From assembly GCF_011745625.1 (NCBI RefSeq), contig NW_027191458.1:930001-994000 (forward strand): DNA of 64,000 nucleotides. The letters run 5' to 3'. This document shows positions 58,024-64,000 of the stretch, piece after piece. The first letter of the stretch is position 1. Each line of letters begins with the position of its first letter. Origin of the DNA: Cladosporium halotolerans. Lineage: Eukaryota. The translations under genes were made by a program, and so were the position numbers. The notes below the pieces were generated by a model. That model was not told where the DNA came from and made no database searches. It saw only the letters and a list, made by a program, of their open reading frames with translations.

Positions 58024-58691
58024 CTTTGTTATGTGCTCGGTTTGAACAGTTATTCGGCTGGTAGTTCTTTCTTATGGTAGGATACAAACGCACATCCGAC
58101 GTCGGCGCTCGGCTTAGGAAACCCTAAAGTCTTGGAGTACACGCGCCCTACATTGTTCCGCCATCCCATGCTTACACATCACAGAGCTCATCAGAGAATC
58201 GGGTCAAAACATTGGCTATCATGCGATCTCTTCAGTTGCAGTCAAACGGGTCTGGTGAATGCGACTACTTATGATTTGTGAGACGAGCAAGCCTTGGCGG
58301 CCGTGGACGGATGAGTAGCAACATCCGGAGTATGTCTTGGGACGGAGGTCAGAGTCAAACGATACAGGGGACGGCAATACTGCATTAACGACTCAATTGT
58401 AGAGTAACGGTGTAGTACTGAAGATGAAGAGGTTGTTGCATATACACCAGGGCACTGCTCGCGCTCAAAGGAGTTTGGCACGTGTGCGGCTGAACACGAT
58501 TGGCGGAAGCGGACTCCCTTCGATTTCCCATCTTCATCGTACGACTGACAGTCATCTCAACTTGGCATTTTGCACGGGTGTGATTGTCATAAGAGAAAAG
58601 ACTGAGCACTCGTCCCTAGGAAAATCGCCGGCTTTGTCACAACATCTCGCATTCCAAAAAACACGTCTCGTTACTCACCTCTACTGCAGAC

Positions 58692-59692
58692 ATGGAAAGC
58701 ATTAGGATCTCATTTAAGCAAGACGTTTTCGGCAATGACATCTTTGCTCGAATCACTTGGATCAAAAATGAGACCCGGACAGCAAAGCCAATAGGTGAGC
58801 CATGACTTGAGCACGGACGACCATATCTGCTAACTGATATTGAGCCTTGATCTATCATGGAGGCGGCCTTATGATCGGTAGCTCTGAGATCATTCCTCCT
58901 CCACAAGTCAAATGGCTGGCAGACCATGGATTCTGCATCGTCATCCCCAACTATCGACTCGCACCTCAGGTGAACGGCAACACTATCTTCGGCGACGTCG
59001 CGGACGCCTACGACTGGGCATCGTCACGCTTGGTAGATATCATGCAGACTGAGCATGGAGTGACTATCGACGGGGCCAACATCACCGCCATGGGACATTC
59101 GAGCGGTGGAACTCTCGCGCTCCATCTAGCCTCATGCAGGCCGGTCAAGGCCGTCACCGCTTTCTATCCGTCACTATACTTCGCCGATCGAACCACAAGC
59201 TCGCACAAAATCTATAATGAACCTCCGTTCGACAATGTTCCTGAGTTTGTTCCCACCGAGGATGACTGGAACGCCATATCACCGGCTGGCAAACAGATTT
59301 CGGAAAGCGGTCTCCCAGTGCCGGGCTTACCAGTGCCACCGCGCAGCAAGTGGCAGATGCACGTCTCGACGAGAGGTCTGTGGATGAAGACGTTGTGTCC
59401 TGATGGGAACTATGCATCCATTGATCCATTGACTCGCCTCAGTGCTGACTGGCCACCCGTGATGTTCGTCACTGGCGAGGCAGATGTCATCCCGGGTAGT
59501 GGCCTTGATCTTGTTCAGCGTGCGGAGAAGGACATGAAAGCGGCAGGCATGAAAGAGATAGTTGTGAGGGTGTTGCCCGGAGCCGGACACATGTTCGATC
59601 TGATCAAGCCACTAGGATCTGAAGACTTCGGACCCGAGTGGCAGGCTGTGGTAGAGGGATTGCACTTCTTGGAATCTCACGTCAAGCAATAA
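58692..59692 (+). CDS. Alpha/beta hydrolase (HSL-like esterase)
   Basis: Exon 1 from ATG 58692 and intron 58795-58844 give KPIALIYHGGG; further motifs NYRLAP, GHSSGG, GEAD and GHMFD. Confidence 0.88.
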
Positions 59693-59767
59693 ACGATAGA
59701 ATTTGCAACACGCTACCGGTATGTGTATGATAAGAATACCATATGAAACAGACTAAGGCTCTACGCT

Positions 59768-60241
59768 CTAGCCATGCCTATTGACAGCCTTGGCTCCAAT
59801 TGGCGTGAAAGGCCTCGGCCCAAAAGCAGTCGCACCGTCCGACCTTCCCTGGATCTTGAACTTCTGGCATCCATTCCTGCCATATGCTCGCCAGTTCCAG
59901 CCTCGGGGATCCCGAGTGTTCGCACAAAGATCGTGGAACTGCGCGAGACACCACTGGTGCGGGACCCACTGAGGAGGTGAGCAGTTGCCGTCGATCTTGA
60001 TGTGCAGCTTGTTGCCCTTCATTCCGATGGTTCCCACGCCCCTGCCAGCGTACTGAGACGGGACCTTGATATCATTAGATGGGCCATCACCGTCGGCCTT
60101 GTTGCAGAAGATTTCAATGGCTTGGTTGATGCGAGGGAACCGTTGGCCGCATTTCACCGCATTCTCAAAGTCCGATGCGGCGGAGGCGAGGGCTACGATA
60201 GCCAAGAGAGTGAGGAGTGCCAAAGTCGAGAGAGACTTCAT
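59768..60241 (-). CDS. Small secreted protein with six cysteines (effector candidate), 157 aa
   Basis: Signal peptide MKSLSTLALLTLLAIVALASA and six Cys in the mature region. Confidence 0.8.
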   Translation of the reverse strand: MKSLSTLALLTLLAIVALASAASDFENAVKCGQRFPRINQAIEIFCNKADGDGPSNDIKVPSQYAGRGVGTIGMKGNKLHIKIDGNCSPPQWVPHQWCLAQFHDLCANTRDPRGWNWRAYGRNGCQKFKIQGRSDGATAFGPRPFTPIGAKAVNRHG

Positions 60242-60665
60242 GGTTGCGTCTTGATAACGATTTTCGTGCTAGAAAAGCTTCGTAGAAACACGCTGTCGCG
60301 ACAGACTTGATGTCAGCAGGGACGGATGCAGTTCTCGCAGCGAGGACAGCACAAGGAATATGGCCGGTTTGGGGAACAAAGGACTTCAATAACACCGCGC
60401 TGCCATCGCCAATCACATGGGTGTGCAATTTCTTTACAGTTGAACAAAGGAAGCTGTCGGTTGCTACAAAATGAAAGTGAAAAGTAATCAAAAATCTCTT
60501 TGCCGTCATTGACGAGCGTCTTCGCGCATATTGATATGACCCCGAATTCAAGGTATCAGCACTAGCAAGATGAAACAAAAACTCCCCCTCAGTTGTGGGA
60601 CCACTTGCACTCGATCGATGTAGGTGATGAACACCGTAGCTCAATCCCTGGTCACAAGACCTACC

Positions 60666-61004
60666 TTAAGCATGCAGCTCACCACGATAGAACGCGCCCT
60701 GCAAGTGATCGTCAATGCCCATTTTCGCATTCCGACCTCTCAAGCGGAGCATAAAACAGACAGTTTCCCGACTTACCGAGTATCCAGTCTTCTTCCACCT
60801 CGCGTTGACCCAATTGGTCAGAGCATCTGAAGAGTTGCACCAGTCGTATTTGTCCCAGCAAATTACAAGGACATCAGCAATCGGGGAGGGAATGGGCTCG
60901 TGGGCCGCGGCGGAGACAACGTAAGCATGTTGGGGTTTCTTCCAGGAGAGGTTGATGACCGGCATCGCGGATCTCGCCTTGGAACAGAGGCTGTTGGGGG
61001 CCAT
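60666..61004 (-). CDS. Hypothetical 112-aa protein with an HTH-like segment
   Basis: ATG ORF with globular-looking composition. LTNWVNARWKKTGYSVSRETVCFMLRLRG resembles winged-HTH patterns. Confidence 0.4.
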   Translation of the reverse strand: MAPNSLCSKARSAMPVINLSWKKPQHAYVVSAAAHEPIPSPIADVLVICWDKYDWCNSSDALTNWVNARWKKTGYSVSRETVCFMLRLRGRNAKMGIDDHLQGAFYRGELHA

Positions 61005-61620
61005 GTTGAGTGGCAGTAGTTTGGGGGTTGATGCTTAGCGTGCAATAAGGCCTGGTCCCGCACGTAGGGATGGTGAGCCTTCAGTGCGATATTGCACATG
61101 TCCGAAGTTTTATGGCCTCTCAAGGTAAAAGGGGTAGCCATACGCCTTTGTGAGCATTGTTCATCATCTTTGTCGCAAGACACTATAGAGGGGGAGCTTG
61201 ACAAAGCTTTATTTAAAGCACTCGCTTTGTCTTTATTTCGAGAGGAGTACCGTGAGCAAACAATCTCGGTCGAAAGGTAGCATCAACCTTGGCTTCGCTG
61301 ACAGGCGCATTATGCTGTTGGCTGGTGCGGCAAGTGACATAATCTGCAATTGTACGATTCGAATTTATAGGCCCGCTCGTGACGAGAATGCAGTGGAAAT
61401 GGCCGTCCTCCACCTTAGATTCGTCTTGTGACAGCGCTATGTGTGAGACAATGATATAAGCATGGCCCAGAACGTAAAATCAGGCAGACGTCGGAGGCAC
61501 AGTGAGATACCAATTTCGTTGGTAAAGAAATAAGGACTGTGTTTCTGTACTATTATTACTACATTCGAAATGGAAATTTTAATAGAAGAGACACATTATT
61601 CTCACAGTGTAGTTGGCTGC

Positions 61621-63064
61621 TTAGTCCTCACAGTCCTCATCGACGTTCTTGTTGGACTTTTCCTTGTGCTCCTTGATTGCGTCCTTGACCATATCAACGT
61701 AGGCGGGAGCGACGTTGAGACCAGAAGCGACCTCGGCAAGATCCTTGTCACCCAGCTCCTTCACGAGCTTGGGGTGCGCGGCGACGATGTCGGGAAGGCT
61801 CTTGACAATTTGCGGGTTTGCGGCCACGATGTCAGGAAGCGCCTTCATGATGGATGGAAGGTCGAGGTCGAAGGTTGCTGTAGTGCCGGAGGTTGTAGAC
61901 TCCGGAGCTGATGCGTTTGATGGAGTCTCGGCGGCGGTGGAGGCGTTAGAAGACGTAGAAGCGGTGTTCAGGCTCTCCTCCGCGACGCTGGAGTCTTGTG
62001 CATCTCCAGAAGCTTCGGTGCCGTTTGCAGTCGAAGAAGCTCCGGACTCCGATGCTCCGTTGGAGCCAGATGGGCAAGTCAGGTCGAACAGCGGCTCGCC
62101 GAGGTCTCTGCCGACGATGCCGAATGATGGCTCTGGCGCAGGCGAGGCGTTGTTGTCGCGGAGGATGTACCACCAGACATTGTAGTTGTTGAAGATATCG
62201 CAGCCGACCTCATCCCAGAACGTCTTGGAGTTCTCAACGGAAGCGACGGCGTCACCCTGGGTCGGGCCAGAGACGGGCCATCCGGTCTCAGTGATCCAAA
62301 GGGGCTTGTCTCCCGCAACACCTTCAACAGCACTGAGTGCATTATAGAACAAGGCGTTGCCATTCTCAACAGAGTTCTCAAGAGAGCTTTCCCAGAAAGG
62401 GAAGGCTGCGTGATGTCAGTACAAAATTCTTCCACTTGCAGATGATACAAAGCTGAAACATACCGTTGAATCCGACCCAGTCAACAGCGTCCAGCACAGC
62501 GCTGTTGCTTCCATTAACCCAATCATTCCATGTGTCGACGTGGCCAACGGGGGCCTCGGAAGCCGCAGTGTTGGCGATGACAGAACGTGTGCGCTGGATG
62601 TAGTCGACGAGGACGTCAGGGCCTTCACCGAGCCCGCTGTCGTTCTCGATGCCCTGAACCGAGACTCTGTAGAGATCCTCGGACCCGACGGAGATACCAA
62701 CGATCAGGTCAGTCAAAGCGGTACCGTACTGATCAATGGCAGCGCTGAGAGCATCGAGCTCGTTCTGGAAGACCTCGCTGCTGGCTGAAGCCCAGAGTCC
62801 GAGCAACAAAGTCGTCTGCGTGTCAATGGCAGCCTGGAGAGCAGAGATGGGAGTGTTCGTCGTGCCACCTTGGATCATAGTGTATAGGCGGGCCGAAGAA
62901 AACCCAGATGCATTGGGAAGACTGTTGGCACGGTTGAACTCGGCCTCAAAATCCGACTGCTGTTTCGGGGCGCCGTTGGTGAAGACATTGCCGTAGTTGA
63001 AGCCCTTGGACACGCCTTGGGCGGCGGCGGTAGCGGCCAGGGCCAACAAAGATGTGTACTGCAT
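61621..63064 (-). CDS. Secreted GH17 beta-1,3-glucanase/glucanosyltransferase (EglC-like) with an atypical C-terminal extension
   Basis: Signal peptide and motifs [28 protein letters not shown] and WITETGWP. Intron 62406-62463. Confidence 0.92.
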
Positions 63065-63872
63065 ATTCGATAAACGATGGTCGGATTGGAAATCCCAGCA
63101 AACCTGCGTTTAGGACGGAGAGTTACTTTTGTAATGCCACAGCGGTACCTGCGTCATGGGTCTGGCCTAGACTTACGCATACTCCAAGCCGCGGACTCCA
63201 CGTCTACCGCTCTCAACGCGAGAGTCCCACCTTTAGGTACCTGTACTTTCCACGGCCTGGAGCGCATTCAGTCTCTGGGCCGCCGGCGGCCGCGTGGCGA
63301 GTGTGGAGGACACGACCTTAGTGTCTTGGGGAGCTCGGGGCTGCGGGTAGGTCGTTCATGATAGGCTGCAACAGGGATCAACTCTTGCTATTTCCGTCAG
63401 GTCAGGAACAAATACACAGTAATAGGCTTCGCTGGAATGTGGCGCATCCGGATGGAGATGTCATCGGCCGCGGTCCGCTGCTTGGCGGTATTCTTTCGCT
63501 GAGCACCGTCTGATCCCGGGGCATGGCTGAGCACTGCAAAATCAGCAGGCGGAGTGCCACGGGAGATTCGCCATGCCATAGCTTATACTACGCTTTTGCG
63601 CCGATGAAAAGCTATGATGACCGCGGAAGATAAACTGCTATATTCCCTATAGATGTACTTGACGTTCAGGACGTTGAGGAGTGGAGTGCGGGCGGCAGAT
63701 CTGGAGAAAAACGGCCCAGCTGTGATCGGCAGAGTGGCACACATCACATCACAGACTCTCTCGATCTAAAATTTCCACGCACGTGACTTCACAAGCCATC
63801 CGTTCTGCCGCATCCGCCGCACTCTTTGTTGGGATCAAAGAAGCTCTTGGTAGCTCAGCCAGCCGCTGTGGG

Positions 63873-64000
63873 ATGGCGGCAGATTTTCAGGCACCGTCGG
63901 GTGATCATCCAGACTACTATACCATCCTGAACCTTGCAAGTCGCAAGCAGGACCCCTCCCTGTCCCCTGCGGAGGTGAAGTCGGCCTACAAAAAAGCTCT
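63873..64000 (+). CDS. 5' end of a J-domain protein, possibly diphthamide protein Dph4 (truncated by the window end)
   Basis: MAADFQAPSGDHPDYYTILNL..LSPAEVKSAYKKAL matches J-domain helices I-II. The HPD loop would lie beyond the window. Confidence 0.7.
   Translation, partial: MAADFQAPSGDHPDYYTILNLASRKQDPSLSPAEVKSAYKKA

Noticed and set aside
1..64000. CRISPR arrays, rRNA genes, intact transposons
   Set aside because: None seen; the repeats found are short and mostly coding.

Overview
Gene-dense, GC-rich DNA from a filamentous ascomycete. Short GT-AG introns with CTRAC branch sites support this; Dothideomycete affinity is inference only. About 25 protein-coding genes and one intron-containing tRNA-Leu(AAG) are present. 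The centre (about 14.3-35.3 kb) is a compact hydroxamate siderophore cluster of the fusarinine/coprogen type: sidF, sidH, an ABCB exporter, an NPS6/SidD-type NRPS, a SidJ-like esterase, a SidA-like protein and sidI. Eight perfect ATCWGATAA (SreA-type) boxes lie in its promoters. Most notable observations: (1) a [D1,2] spliceosomal twin intron (stwintron) is needed to build the reading frame of the adjacent amino-acid permease; (2) the cluster's SidA-like ORF is intact but has lost most NADPH, FAD and substrate motifs, making it a candidate pseudoenzyme or neofunctionalised enzyme; (3) SidF, SidH and SidI all end in PTS1 signals; (4) a 151-codon in-frame extension follows the TAG of a BAR-PH-ArfGAP gene; (5) a spliced secreted protein with an 11-residue Ala/Ser/Gly periodicity was missed by the ORF track. 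All calls come from manual reading and remembered family motifs; no searches were run.
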